64,000 nt of DNA from Vicinamibacteria bacterium. GTDB lineage: Bacteria; Acidobacteriota; Vicinamibacteria; Marinacidobacterales; Marinacidobacteraceae. The notes beneath the pieces were generated by a model. The model was not told the DNA's origin, did not search any database, and saw nothing but the letters and a program-made list of their open reading frames with translations. Location: contig OY821641.1 of assembly GCA_963555995.3 (NCBI GenBank), forward strand, positions 64,001 through 128,000, given 5' to 3'. Position 1 is the first letter of the stretch. Each line of letters starts with the position of its first letter. Below, one piece after another: positions 30,371-40,663 of this stretch. The position numbers were made by a program, and so were the translations under genes.

Positions 30371-30919
30371 TTGAATCCGTCCCCCACCGCCGGCGGTTCC
30401 GCGACCCGGCCCGGGATTCGGGTCGTCGGCCTCGACCCCGGTTCGCGGATCGCCGGCTGGGGAGCGGTGGACGAAACGGAGGGCCAGTTGCGCGTCGTGG
30501 ATTTCGGGGTCGTCCGGTGTCCGCCCCGCGACCCGCTCGTGCAGCGCCTCCACCGTCTTCATCGCGAGATCGGGGAAGTCATCGAGCGGCTGCACCCCGA
30601 TGAGGTCGCGGTGGAGTCGGTCTTCAGCGCGGCGAGCGCCGGGGCGGCCCTCACGCTCGGGCACGCACGGGGCGCCGTGCTGGTGGCGGCTGCGGACCTT
30701 CCCGTCGCCGAGTACAGCCCCCGCAGCGTCAAACAGGCGCTCACCGGTTACGGGGCGGCCGGAAAGGGCTCGGTCGCCGGCATGGTGGCCCGGCGGCTCG
30801 GGATGGCGGAACCGCCCGACGCGGAGGATGCGGCGGACGCGCTCGCGGTCGCGATCTGCCATCTGGACGCCCGGCGAGCCAAGGCCCGCCTGGCGCGCGC
30901 CCAGGGACGGCCGCGGTGA
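30371..30919 (+). CDS. ruvC: Holliday junction resolvase
   Basis: GLDPGS, VAVE, EYSP..VK, DAADALAVA. Confidence 0.95.
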   Translation: MNPSPTAGGSATRPGIRVVGLDPGSRIAGWGAVDETEGQLRVVDFGVVRCPPRDPLVQRLHRLHREIGEVIERLHPDEVAVESVFSAASAGAALTLGHARGAVLVAAADLPVAEYSPRSVKQALTGYGAAGKGSVAGMVARRLGMAEPPDAEDAADALAVAICHLDARRAKARLARAQGRPR

Positions 30920-31521
30920 TCGAGCGCCTCGCCGGCCGGCTGCTCGAGACGGGCGACGGACAGGTGCTGATGGATGTGGGCGGGATCGGCTTCCGGCTCC
31001 AGGTGCCCACCGGCACGGCGTCACGCCTTCCGCCGCCGGGAGACGAGGTCCGCCTCACCGTGCGCATGCTGCTCCACCGCGAGGAAACCGTGCAGCTCTT
31101 TGGCTTCGGCAGCGGTGAGGAGGCGCGCCTCTTCGACCAGCTCCGCGGGGTGAACGGCGTCGGCCCCTCGGTGGCGCTGAATCTCCTGTCGCTGGCCGTC
31201 CCCCGGCTCCGCCAGGCGATCCGGGACAAGGAAGTGAAGTTCCTCCAGGCGGCGCCCGGGGTCGGCGCGAAGCTCGCGCGCCGCCTCATCACGGAACTCG
31301 CGGAAGCGCTTCCCGACGACGAGAGCGACGCGCCGCCACAACCGGCGCCGCGCGATCCGGTCCACGACCAGTTGGTCACCGCCTTCACGAACCTGCAGTT
31401 CACCGACCGGCGCCGGATCGAAGAGGTTGTGCAGTCCGTCCGCGCCGAGCGGCCGGACGCCGAGCTGCAGGAACTCTTCAAGGCGGCTCTCCATCGCCTG
31501 TCTTCCCGAGGAGCGGCATGA
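30916..31521 (+). CDS. ruvA: Holliday junction branch-migration protein RuvA
   Basis: MIERLAG, DVGGIG, LFGF, VNGVGP, PGVGAKLA. Confidence 0.93.
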   Translation: MIERLAGRLLETGDGQVLMDVGGIGFRLQVPTGTASRLPPPGDEVRLTVRMLLHREETVQLFGFGSGEEARLFDQLRGVNGVGPSVALNLLSLAVPRLRQAIRDKEVKFLQAAPGVGAKLARRLITELAEALPDDESDAPPQPAPRDPVHDQLVTAFTNLQFTDRRRIEEVVQSVRAERPDAELQELFKAALHRLSSRGAA

Positions 31522-33524
31522 CCGCGCCCTCCCCCTCGCCCGCCGACAACAACGAGTTCTGGGGCCGGGCCCAGGAACGGCTGACGGAGGCTTCCCGCCT
31601 GCTCGCCCGGGTCCGGCGCACTTCCACGGCGCGCCTGGCGGTGGTCCTGGTGGCGCTCGCCCTCGCACTCGGCGCCGGCGACGCCGGGTTCTGGTCCCCG
31701 TGGTGGGTGGTCGTTCCGGGCGCGCTGTTCGTCTGGTTGGCCTACGTTCACGAACGTCTCCTGAACCGGGCGCGCGGCGTCCACCACGTCGCCCAGCTCT
31801 ACCACCGGGCCGCGATCCGGGTGGACCGGGACACCGAAGGGGAGGCGGGGAGCCCCGGCACCCCGGCGGCCGCCATCCGGCGGGGCGGGACTCCCGCCCA
31901 CCGCAACACGGTGGACGAGGACCATCGTCTCGCGGACCGGCGCCACCGGGTCTCCGACCTCGGCGAGAGTCACCTCGGCGACCACCTCGACCTCTTCGGT
32001 TCGGGCGGACTCTTCGAGCGGCTCGCGGACTGGCGGACCGACACCGGCGGCGAAACGCTCGCCGGGTGGCTGCTCCGGTCCGCGCCGCCGGAAGAGGTCG
32101 CCGGCCGTCAGCTCGCCATCCGGGAACTCGGCGCCCGGATCGAGATCCAGGAGACGCTCGCGGCCACCGGCGCTCTCGAGCCGTGGCCGACGACCCGGTC
32201 TTCGGTGGTGCTCGACTGGCTGGCCCCGGACGGCGGGACCGGCGACGAGCCCGGCGGACCCGCGTCCGGGAAGGAGGAGACCTCCGCCGCACCTTCCGGC
32301 CGAAGGCCCGAATTGCTGCTCGCGGTGCTGGCCGTCCTGCTGAGCGCGACCATGCTGGGGGGGCTGCTTCGCTGGATCACGGCGGGGGAGGCGTCCTTCT
32401 TTCTGGCCGCGGTGTCCCTCTCGGCGGCCTGGGGCCTCTGGCTCCGGTCGCAGGTACGGGAGCAGGAGACCGTCCTGCGGCTGATGGAATCGGAGATCGC
32501 GGGCATCCGGCAGATCGCGCTCACCGTCACCTCCGAGGGGTTCGAGTCGCCCCTGCTGCGGGGACTCGCGGAGCGCCTCGCGCGCGCCGAGGCGGCGCTC
32601 GCCAAGCTGGAACGGCTGCAGGTCCGCCTGTCCGCGCGCCGCAATCTGCTCTTCGCGCCGATCGCCGCCATGCTGTTCTGGGGCACGCATCACCGCTGGG
32701 CCATCGAGCGGTGGCGCCGCCGTCACCAGCGCGAGGCGCGGGGCTGGGTGCGGGCCGCGGGGGAGTTCGACGCCCTGCTGGCGCTCGCGCAGTACTGCAT
32801 CGAGCGCCCCGGACACGTCTTTCCCGAGTTCGACGACGAGCCGGGTTTCGAAGCGCGCGGCCTCGGTCATCCGCTGATCCCGGAAGCGCGCCTGCAGCGG
32901 AACGACGTTCGCCTGGGCCGCGGGGAAGCCGACGTGCTCATCGTCACCGGCTCCAACATGTCGGGGAAGAGCACCCTGCTGCGGACCATCGGCGTCAACT
33001 TCGTCCTGGCCCGGATGGGCGCGCCGACCGCCGCGACGGCGTTCCGCCTCGGGCCGCTCGCCCTGGGAGCCTCGATCGCCGTCCACGATTCGCTCCAGGA
33101 CGGCGTTTCCCGTTTCCTCGCGGAACTGCTGGCGCTCAAGGCGGTGCTGAACACCGGCTCGAGGGAGGAGCCGCTGCTCTTCCTGCTGGACGAGGTCCTG
33201 CAGGGGACGAACTCGGACGACCGCCGCGCCGCGGTCGCCGCGCTCCTGCGCGAGCTGGGCCGGCGATCCGCCGTCGGCGTGATGACGACGCACGACCTGA
33301 CGCTCACCGAGCTGGCTCACGAACTGCCGGGCCGCGTCCGCAACATGCACTTCACCGAGCGGGTGGTGGACGGCGCCATGGAGTTCGACTATCAGCTCCG
33401 GGACGGAGTCCTCGCGCGCGGCAACGCGCTCGATCTCATGCGGATCCTCGACCTGCCGGCGCCCGAGGGGGAGCGGGCCGATTTCACCTCGCTCCCGGCC
33501 CCCGGACCCGGACGGGAGAACTGA
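31518..33524 (+). CDS. Membrane-anchored MutS-related ATPase (domain V only)
   Basis: Hydrophobic TM pairs, DLDLFG, HPLI, TGSNMSGKSTLLR, SRFLAE, LLDEVLQGTNS, TTHD. Confidence 0.85.
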   Translation: MTAPSPSPADNNEFWGRAQERLTEASRLLARVRRTSTARLAVVLVALALALGAGDAGFWSPWWVVVPGALFVWLAYVHERLLNRARGVHHVAQLYHRAAIRVDRDTEGEAGSPGTPAAAIRRGGTPAHRNTVDEDHRLADRRHRVSDLGESHLGDHLDLFGSGGLFERLADWRTDTGGETLAGWLLRSAPPEEVAGRQLAIRELGARIEIQETLAATGALEPWPTTRSSVVLDWLAPDGGTGDEPGGPASGKEETSAAPSGRRPELLLAVLAVLLSATMLGGLLRWITAGEASFFLAAVSLSAAWGLWLRSQVREQETVLRLMESEIAGIRQIALTVTSEGFESPLLRGLAERLARAEAALAKLERLQVRLSARRNLLFAPIAAMLFWGTHHRWAIERWRRRHQREARGWVRAAGEFDALLALAQYCIERPGHVFPEFDDEPGFEARGLGHPLIPEARLQRNDVRLGRGEADVLIVTGSNMSGKSTLLRTIGVNFVLARMGAPTAATAFRLGPLALGASIAVHDSLQDGVSRFLAELLALKAVLNTGSREEPLLFLLDEVLQGTNSDDRRAAVAALLRELGRRSAVGVMTTHDLTLTELAHELPGRVRNMHFTERVVDGAMEFDYQLRDGVLARGNALDLMRILDLPAPEGERADFTSLPAPGPGREN

Positions 33525-33538
33525 CGGGGAGCGCCGCC

Positions 33539-34564
33539 ATGAGTGCGCGAGAACCCCCGCCCGGCCGCCGGGACGAAGAGTTCCACCAGACCCTCCGCCC
33601 GCGGGACTTCGGGGAGTACGTGGGCCAGGCCGCCGTCCTCGAACAACTCGAGATCAGCGTGGGCGCCGCGCGGGGCCGGGGCGAAGCCCTCGACCACGTG
33701 CTGCTCCACGGACCGCCCGGCCTCGGCAAGACTTCGCTCGCCGCGGTGCTCGCCCGCGAACTCGAAGTCCCCATGCACACCTCCGCGGGGCCGCTCGTGC
33801 CGCGCACCGGCGACATGGTGGCGCTGCTGAACGCGCTGGCGCGGAACGAGATCCTGTTCATTGACGAGATCCACCGGCTCGCTCCCGCGGTTGCGGAGGT
33901 CCTCTATCCGGCCATGGAGGACCACTACGTGGACATCATGGTCGGCGAGAAACTGGGCGCCCACAGCCTGCGCATTGACCTGCCGCCCTTCACGCTGGTG
34001 GGGGCGACCACCCGCGCCGATCTGCTGACCGGCCCGCTGCGGGACCGCTTCCCGCTCGTCCACCAGCTCGAGTTCTATTCCGTCGAGGAGGTGGAGCGGG
34101 TCCTTTCGCGCGCCGCGCGGGTGCTTGGCGTGCACCTGGAACCGGACGCCGGACGGGAGATCGCCTCGCGGGCCCGGGGGACGCCGCGGGTGGCCAACAA
34201 CCTGCTGCGGCGGGTGCGCGACTACGCGGAGGTGCGCGGCGACGGGACGATCCGCCGGGAGACGGCGCTCGCGCTGCTGGAGATCGCCCAGGTGGACGAA
34301 GCGGGGCTCGACCGTTTCGACCGCAAGATCCTCGAGAGCCTGCTCGACAACTTCTCCGGCGGGCCGGTGGGGGTGGCCAACCTGGCCGCGACGCTCGGGA
34401 TGGACAACCGCACGCTCGAAGAGGTCCACGAGCCGTATCTGATTTACCGCGGCTTCCTGCGGCGGACGGCGAAGGGACGCATGATCACCGACCGGGGCGC
34501 CCGGCACCTGGGGTGCGCGGCCTCGGGGACGCTGTTTCCGGAGACGCCAGGCGCCAAAGTCTGA
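33539..34564 (+). CDS. ruvB: Holliday junction helicase RuvB
   Basis: LRPRDFGEYVGQ, GPPGLGKT, FIDEIHRL, GATTR, RGTPR. Confidence 0.96.
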   Translation: MSAREPPPGRRDEEFHQTLRPRDFGEYVGQAAVLEQLEISVGAARGRGEALDHVLLHGPPGLGKTSLAAVLARELEVPMHTSAGPLVPRTGDMVALLNALARNEILFIDEIHRLAPAVAEVLYPAMEDHYVDIMVGEKLGAHSLRIDLPPFTLVGATTRADLLTGPLRDRFPLVHQLEFYSVEEVERVLSRAARVLGVHLEPDAGREIASRARGTPRVANNLLRRVRDYAEVRGDGTIRRETALALLEIAQVDEAGLDRFDRKILESLLDNFSGGPVGVANLAATLGMDNRTLEEVHEPYLIYRGFLRRTAKGRMITDRGARHLGCAASGTLFPETPGAKV

Positions 34565-34590
34565 TCCCGGCGGACACGGCCGATCGAAGT

Positions 34591-35652
34591 TTGCGGACTT
34601 CCGATTTCGCGTACGAGCTGCCGCCGGAACTCATTGCGCAAGCGCCGCCCGCGGCTCGGAGCGACGCCCGCCTGCTCCATCTCGACGCCGGCGGCCGGAC
34701 GGCGCACCTGGGGTTCCCGGATCTTCCGTCGCTGCTGCGGCCGGACGACCTGCTGGTCCGGAACGTCACCCGGGTGATTCCCGCCCGCGTGCCGGCCCGG
34801 AAGGAGGCGGGCGGCGGGCGCGTCGAGGTGTTCGTCCTCCCGGAGGGTGAAGGGCCGGGGGACCTTTTCCGGGCGCTCACCCGGCCGGCGCTTCGACCGG
34901 GCGTCCGTCTCCTCGCCGGCGAAGGGGACCGGGTCCGGCTGGAGGTGGGAACGGACCTCGGCGGGGGACAGCGCCAGATCCGCATCGTTTCCGGCGCGGC
35001 CGGGATTCTCGACCTTGCCGAGCGGGCGGGCCGGACGCCCCTGCCGCCGTACATCCGCCGCGGTCCCAAGGGTTCGGAAGGACCGGACGGCACGGACCGG
35101 GAGCGGTATCAAACGGTCTATGCGCGATTCCCCGGCTCGGTAGCGGCCCCGACCGCCGGTCTCCACTTCGACCCCGAGATGTTCGGCCGGCTGCGGGAGA
35201 TCGGGGTCCGGATCGTGGACCTGGTCCTTCACGTCGGCTACGGGACCTTCGCCCCGGTGCGCGTCGAGGACCCGCGCGACCACCAACTGGCGGCCGAGAG
35301 GTTCTTCGTTCCCGATGCGACCCGGCGGGCGGTCCTCGCCCAGTTGGCCGAGGGCCGCCGCGTGGTGGCGGTCGGGACGACCACCGTCCGCGTGCTGGAG
35401 ACCCCGGGGGTTCTCGAAGGCGAGGGGATCGCCGGGGCGACCTCGCTGCTGATCCTTCCGGGCCACCGCTTCCGGGTGGTCTCCGCGATGCTGACCAACT
35501 TCCATCTGCCCGGCAGTTCGCTCCTCATGCTGGTTGCGGCCCTCGGCGGCGCCGACGCGGTCCTCGCCGCCTACCGCGAAGCGGTCCGCCAGCAATACCG
35601 CTTCTACTCCTACGGCGACGCCATGTTCGTGGAGGGCGCCGTGAGGACCTGA
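34591..35652 (+). CDS. queA: SAM:tRNA ribosyltransferase-isomerase
   Basis: FAYELPPELIAQ, PLPPYI, YQTVYA, AAPTAGLHF, TNFHLP, YRFYSYGD. TTG start at 34591. Confidence 0.96.
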   Translation: MRTSDFAYELPPELIAQAPPAARSDARLLHLDAGGRTAHLGFPDLPSLLRPDDLLVRNVTRVIPARVPARKEAGGGRVEVFVLPEGEGPGDLFRALTRPALRPGVRLLAGEGDRVRLEVGTDLGGGQRQIRIVSGAAGILDLAERAGRTPLPPYIRRGPKGSEGPDGTDRERYQTVYARFPGSVAAPTAGLHFDPEMFGRLREIGVRIVDLVLHVGYGTFAPVRVEDPRDHQLAAERFFVPDATRRAVLAQLAEGRRVVAVGTTTVRVLETPGVLEGEGIAGATSLLILPGHRFRVVSAMLTNFHLPGSSLLMLVAALGGADAVLAAYREAVRQQYRFYSYGDAMFVEGAVRT

Positions 35653-35704
35653 CGTCCCGGGCTCCTTAGAATGCCCGACCCATGAAACAGCGCCGCGTCG
35701 GGCA

Positions 35705-35730
35705 GGGAGCGCCGGTCTTCAGACCGGCAC
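35705..35730 (+). repeat. REP singlet followed by a second hairpin
   Basis: Exact copy of GGGAGCGCCGGTCTTCAGACCGGCAC. Confidence 0.85.
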
Positions 35731-35797
35731 CGCCAGCCGGAGGCTGGCGAAACTCGGGAACCCGGCCTATTGGCTGGACAGCGAGGAGATCCAGCCG

Positions 35798-36199
35798 ATG
35801 AACCGCCGACACGTCGGAAGCGGCGTCCCGTGGGAAACCGAGTTCGGCTACTCCCGCGCCACCCGGATTGGCGACCGCATCCTGGTCTCCGGAACGACCG
35901 CGACCGGGCCGGACGGGCCGGTGGCGGTCGGCGATCCGGCGGGACAGACGCGCTACGCGATCGGGAAGGTCCGGACCGCGATCGAGTCCCTCGGCGGCAC
36001 CCTGGAAGAGGTCGTCCGCACCCGGATTCACGTGAAGCCCGGGACCGACTGGGAGGCGGTGGCCAGGGTCCACGGGGAGTTCTTCGGGTCCATCCGGCCC
36101 GCCTGCACGCTGACCTACGCGGACCTCATCGGCGAGGAGTACCTCGTCGAGATCGAAGTCGAGGCGGTGGTCGGCGCCGGTGCTGCGGAGGGCGCATGA
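35798..36199 (+). CDS. RidA/YjgF family protein
   Basis: PWE..FGYSRA, VSGTT, VVRTR, RPA, LVEIE. Confidence 0.9.
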   Translation: MNRRHVGSGVPWETEFGYSRATRIGDRILVSGTTATGPDGPVAVGDPAGQTRYAIGKVRTAIESLGGTLEEVVRTRIHVKPGTDWEAVARVHGEFFGSIRPACTLTYADLIGEEYLVEIEVEAVVGAGAAEGA

Positions 36200-39100
36200 A
36201 GATCCACCTGTCGCTGACGGGCGCCCTGCTCCTGCTCGTCACTCCGGCCCTCCCCGCCGCGGGCCAGGGACCGGTGCAGCGCGCCGAGGTCCCCGACGGA
36301 TTCGAGGTGCCCGCGCGGGTCCTCGGGGACCTCGACTTCCGGATGGTGGGACCGTCGCGCGGCGGGCGGGTGACCACGGTGACGGGCATTCCCGACCAGC
36401 CGCACGTCTTCTACATGGGTTCGACCGGTGGCGGCGTCTGGAAGACCGAGAACGCCGGCGTTTCGTGGACGAACCTGTCGGACGAGGAATTCGCCGTCGG
36501 CTCCATCGGCGCGGTGGCGGTCGCTCCCTCGGACCCGAACGTCGTTTACGTGGGAACCGGCTCCGCCTGCCCGCGCGGCAACATCTCCGTGGGCAACGGG
36601 GTCTATCGCAGCACCGACGCCGGACGCTCCTGGACCCACGTGGGCCTCGAGGCTGCCGGCCTCATCGGCCGGATCGTCGTGGACCCGGACGACCCGGACC
36701 GGGCCTTCGTCGCCGTGCTCGGGCAGATCTTCGGCCGCTCGCCCGAGCGGGGGGTCTATCTGACGGAGGACGGCGGGAAGACCTGGACGGCGTCGCTCCA
36801 GGTTTCCGACGCGACCGGCGCCGTGGAACTCGCGATGAACCCGTCGAACCCGCGGGAACTCTTCGCCGCCATGTGGCAGGCCGAGCGGAAACCCTGGACG
36901 CTCATTGACGGCGGTCCCGAGGGGGGCCTCTACCGCACGCAGGATGGCGGCGAAACCTGGGAACGGCTCGGCGGCGGGCTGCCGGAAGCCTCCGAGGAAA
37001 ACCCGGTCGGCCGCATCGGCGTGTCCATCGCCGCGTCGGAACCGCGCCGGGTGTACGCGCTCGTCACCGCCGCCGAGGAGCGGGGCGGCCTCTACCGGAG
37101 CGAAGACGGCGGAGACACCTGGACGCGGGTGAACGGGGACCGCCGGTTGCGGGGCCGCGGCTGGTACTACAGCCACGTGGTCGCCGACCCGACGGACCCG
37201 GACACGGTCTACGTCCTCAACGCTCCCTTCCTGAAGTCGGTGGACGCCGGCAAGTCCTTCCGGACGGCGCGCGTCCCCCACGGAGACAACCACGACCTGT
37301 GGATCAACCCGAACGACTCCCGGATCATGGTGGAGGCGAACGACGGGGGCGCCACGGTGACCCTCGACGGGGGCGAGAACTGGTCGTCCATCCACAACCA
37401 GCCCACCGCCGAGTTTTACAGGCTTACCGTGGACGACGAGTTCCCCCGGCGGCTCTACGGCGCGCAGCAGGACAACTCGACGATCAGCGTGCCGTCCTGG
37501 ACCGACAGCGGCCTCTCGCCCGAAGCCCACTGGTGGGACGTCGCCGGCGGCGAGAGCGGGCACATCGCGGTGACCCCCGGCCGGCCCGAACTCACCTACG
37601 CGGGCAACTACATCGGCCAGATTGATCGGCAGGACCGCGACGAGGCCGGCGCGCGGAACGTGGTCGTCTATCCCGAACTCGCCGACGGGACCGCGCCGCG
37701 CGACCTCCAGTACCGCTTTCAGTGGAACGCGCCCATCGTCGTTTCCCGGCACGACCCGGAGGTCGTCTTCCACACGTCCAACTACGTCCATCGAACCACC
37801 GACGGCGGCCTCTCGTGGACGACCATCTCGCCCGACCTGACGGTGGGCGATCCGGAGAAGGGCGCCCTGCCGGGCAATCCGGTGCAGCACGACCACACCG
37901 GCGTCGAGGTGTACGGAACGATCTTCGCCCTGGGCGAGTCTCCCCTCGCGTCCGGCGTGATCTGGGCCGGCGCCGACGACGGCCTGGTCCACCTGACGCG
38001 GGACGGCGGCGCGTCCTGGACCGAAGTGACCCCGCCGGGCATGCCGGCCGGCGGCACCGTGAACAGCCTCGACGTCTCCGCGCGGCACGACGGCGGGGTT
38101 CTCCTCGCCGTCCAGCGGTACCGCGAGAACGATTTCGAACCCTACGTCTTCCGCACCACGGACTTCGGCACGACCTGGACGCGTCTCGGAAGCGACGGGG
38201 GAATACCGCCGGGTCATCCCGTGCGCGTGGTCCGGGAGGACCCGGAAACCGAGAACGTCCTCTATCTGGGGACCGAGTTCGGGCTCTTCCTGAGCCTTGA
38301 CGGCGGAGCGCGTTTCGTTCCCTTCGGAAACCTGCCGGCCACCCCGATCACCGACCTGCAGGTGGGGGGCGACGAGCTGCTGGTCGCCACCCAGGGCCGT
38401 TCGTTCTGGGTGCTCGACGACCTCACGCCGGTGCGGGCGCTGGCGGGCCGTTCGTGGGACGCGCCGGCCCTCCTGCCGGCGGGAACGGCGGTGCGGCTGG
38501 CCACCGGCGGCAGCCGGCCCTTCCGCGGCCCGGGCGCGCCCGAGAACCGCCCGGCGGGGGCTCTCCTCCACTACTTCCTGCCCGAGGATCTCGAAGAGGG
38601 TGACGAACTTCGCCTCACGGTCACGGACGCGAACGGCGCGGTGATCCGGGAGTTCGAGCGGAAGCCGGCGCCCGGCGCCGAGCGCGAGGAGTCCGAGGAG
38701 GATCAGCCGAATCCCGACGCGGTGCTGGAACCCGAAGCCGGGCTCCAGCGGATCGCCTGGGACCTGAAATACCGGCGCCCGGAACTCCTGAAGGGCGCCG
38801 TCATGTCCATCTCCTATACCGGCGGAGCGTTCGTGATGCCGGGGCCCTACACCGCCTCGCTGTCCTTCCGGAAGGAGGGCGGCGAGGAACTCAGGGGCGA
38901 TCCCGTCCGGTTCGAGGTGCTGCGGGATCCGCGGACGGCCGTCACCGAGGACGACCTCCGCCAGCAGCACGACCTGGTGCGGCAGTCGCAGGCGCTGCTC
39001 GAACGGGTGCACGAGCGGATCGGCGCGCTCCGGGAAGCCCGCGATCAGTTCGAAGCGGTCGAAAAGCGGGCGCGGCAGGCGGATCGCTGGACCGAAGAGC

Positions 39101-39420
39101 TGGAGGAAGCGTCAGAGACCCTCCGGAAGGGTCTGACCGAGATCGAAGACGAACTCATCCAGACGAAGAACGAGGCCGGCCAGGACCCCGTCAACTTCAC
39201 TCCGAGGCTCGACAACCAGATCGCCTACCTCTACGGGCACATCGCCCGGAACTACGGCCGCCCCACCGGAGGCTCCTTCGAGCGCTTCCGGGACCTGGAA
39301 GCGCAAGCAAAGCCGATTCTGGACCGGCTCGCCACCCTCCTCGGCGCCAGCGTCGCCGACCTGAACCGCGCCCTCCAGGAAGCGGGGGTGACCGGAGCTG
39401 TTCTCGTCGGACAGCCCTGA
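36196..39420 (+). CDS. Secreted BNR/VPS10 (sortilin-like) beta-propeller glycosyl-hydrolase-like protein
   Basis: Signal peptide, GPSRGGR, many S/T-x-D-G-G-x-x-W Asp-boxes, HGDNH, RFQWNAP. Confidence 0.85.
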   Translation: MKIHLSLTGALLLLVTPALPAAGQGPVQRAEVPDGFEVPARVLGDLDFRMVGPSRGGRVTTVTGIPDQPHVFYMGSTGGGVWKTENAGVSWTNLSDEEFAVGSIGAVAVAPSDPNVVYVGTGSACPRGNISVGNGVYRSTDAGRSWTHVGLEAAGLIGRIVVDPDDPDRAFVAVLGQIFGRSPERGVYLTEDGGKTWTASLQVSDATGAVELAMNPSNPRELFAAMWQAERKPWTLIDGGPEGGLYRTQDGGETWERLGGGLPEASEENPVGRIGVSIAASEPRRVYALVTAAEERGGLYRSEDGGDTWTRVNGDRRLRGRGWYYSHVVADPTDPDTVYVLNAPFLKSVDAGKSFRTARVPHGDNHDLWINPNDSRIMVEANDGGATVTLDGGENWSSIHNQPTAEFYRLTVDDEFPRRLYGAQQDNSTISVPSWTDSGLSPEAHWWDVAGGESGHIAVTPGRPELTYAGNYIGQIDRQDRDEAGARNVVVYPELADGTAPRDLQYRFQWNAPIVVSRHDPEVVFHTSNYVHRTTDGGLSWTTISPDLTVGDPEKGALPGNPVQHDHTGVEVYGTIFALGESPLASGVIWAGADDGLVHLTRDGGASWTEVTPPGMPAGGTVNSLDVSARHDGGVLLAVQRYRENDFEPYVFRTTDFGTTWTRLGSDGGIPPGHPVRVVREDPETENVLYLGTEFGLFLSLDGGARFVPFGNLPATPITDLQVGGDELLVATQGRSFWVLDDLTPVRALAGRSWDAPALLPAGTAVRLATGGSRPFRGPGAPENRPAGALLHYFLPEDLEEGDELRLTVTDANGAVIREFERKPAPGAEREESEEDQPNPDAVLEPEAGLQRIAWDLKYRRPELLKGAVMSISYTGGAFVMPGPYTASLSFRKEGGEELRGDPVRFEVLRDPRTAVTEDDLRQQHDLVRQSQALLERVHERIGALREARDQFEAVEKRARQADRWTEELEEASETLRKGLTEIEDELIQTKNEAGQDPVNFTPRLDNQIAYLYGHIARNYGRPTGGSFERFRDLEAQAKPILDRLATLLGASVADLNRALQEAGVTGAVLVGQP

Positions 39421-39434
39421 CGGCGGAAACGGCT

Positions 39435-39580
39435 GGGACCGCCGGTCTTCAGACCGGCACGCGCGGCGCTCCGCGCCGCGCACGTCGTAACGCCAGCGGC
39501 GACGGAGGGCGTTCGGAGCGCCGGCCTCCGGTCGGCATCGCGCGGGAGCGCGAAACCCGCGCCGATGGCACTCTCCGCGC
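39435..39580 (+). repeat. REP cluster (two variants)
   Basis: REP at 39435-39460. A variant at 39515 has a downstream ~65 bp that recurs at 62165. Confidence 0.75.
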
Positions 39581-39658
39581 ATCCATGCCGACGCGCGAGC
39601 GTTTCCTGGATGTTACACTGCACTACACATGCACACTGTAGATGTGCAACACGGAAAC

Positions 39659-39946
39659 ATGTCCAGAATCCACGTCATCGTCAACGAGGCCGAGAAGGTC
39701 CGCTACCAGAGCCAGGCCGCCCGTGAGGGCAAGTCGCTCGGCGCCTGGCTGCGCGAGGCCGCCGCCGAAAAGATCGCCAGATCAGCTCCGCGGCGTTTCG
39801 CCTCGGTGGAGGAATTTGACGATTTCATTGCCGGGTGCCAGGTGCGGTCCGCCGCCGACGGCGGACTCGAGCGGGAACCGGACTGGGAGGAAACCAAGAA
39901 GCTCATCCTCGACGCGAAGGGCCGGGGTCTCGAGGAGTTCGTGTGA
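39659..39946 (+). CDS. Putative VapB-type (RHH) antitoxin
   Basis: MSRIHVIV...AAREGKSLGAWLREAA. Stop overlaps the start of a PIN gene. Confidence 0.75.
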   Translation: MSRIHVIVNEAEKVRYQSQAAREGKSLGAWLREAAAEKIARSAPRRFASVEEFDDFIAGCQVRSAADGGLEREPDWEETKKLILDAKGRGLEEFV

Positions 39947-40332
39947 CCTTCGTGGACACGAACGTCTTCCTGCTCGCTGCCGGCAGCCCCCACCCGCTGC
40001 AGCAGTCGGCGACGGCCGCCCTGCGCGGTAAACCCGACTTGGTTACCTCCGCGGAGGTCCTGCAGGAGATCCTCCATGTCTTCGTGCGGCGGAGGCGTCT
40101 CGATCTGTGCGACCAGGCTCTCGAGCTCACTTACCGGTCGGTAGGCGAGGTCTGGGCGATCGAGCCCGAAGACGTTGTGGGGGCGCGCTCCCTGGCGGAC
40201 CTCCACCCGCAGCTCGAATCCCGGGATCTCCTCCATCTGGCCTGCTGCCTGCGGCGGCAGGCGACCGATCTCGTCACCTTCGACCGCGGTCTCGCCGCCG
40301 CCTGGGCGCGGCGGTCGCGATCCCGGCCGTAG
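39943..40332 (+). CDS. vapC: VapC PIN-domain toxin
   Basis: FVDTNV, EVLQE, RDLLH, TFD acidic tetrad. Confidence 0.88.
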   Translation: MTFVDTNVFLLAAGSPHPLQQSATAALRGKPDLVTSAEVLQEILHVFVRRRRLDLCDQALELTYRSVGEVWAIEPEDVVGARSLADLHPQLESRDLLHLACCLRRQATDLVTFDRGLAAAWARRSRSRP

Positions 40333-40339
40333 TACCGGG

Positions 40340-40663
40340 CTACGCGGCGCTCGGTGCGTGCGGGGGTTCGAGCCGCTTGTATTTGGCATCGCCGACGAAA
40401 CGCCAGGTTCGGCCCACGCGCCAGGCCAGATCAGGTTCCAACCGGACTCGGTGGCCCTCGTCAAGGAAGGTCGCCGGCTTCTCGGGGAAGAATCGCTCCG
40501 GAAGCCGGAGCGCTTCCCGGAGCGCACACCGCACGAATTCCTCGAACACTTTGTTCATGTCCATCAGGAATCCCGGGGCGCGAATCCGGCCCCGGCCTCT
40601 CTCGACCGTCGCGTGCCGTAGGATGATCCGTGCAAGACCGGCGGTCCCTCCCCGGCGTGTCAC
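40340..40663 (-). pseudogene. C-terminal fragment of an McrC-family restriction nuclease subunit
   Basis: FLMDMNKVFEEFV and EPDL...VGDAKYK. Only about 100 aa, and no mcrB nearby. Confidence 0.75.

Noticed and set aside
35667-35801. 39-codon upstream ORF (ATG 35682) after TAGAAT, crossing a REP and ending on the ridA start
   Set aside because: The ridA gene has its own strong RBS, and the resemblance of the two N-termini is too short to separate from chance.
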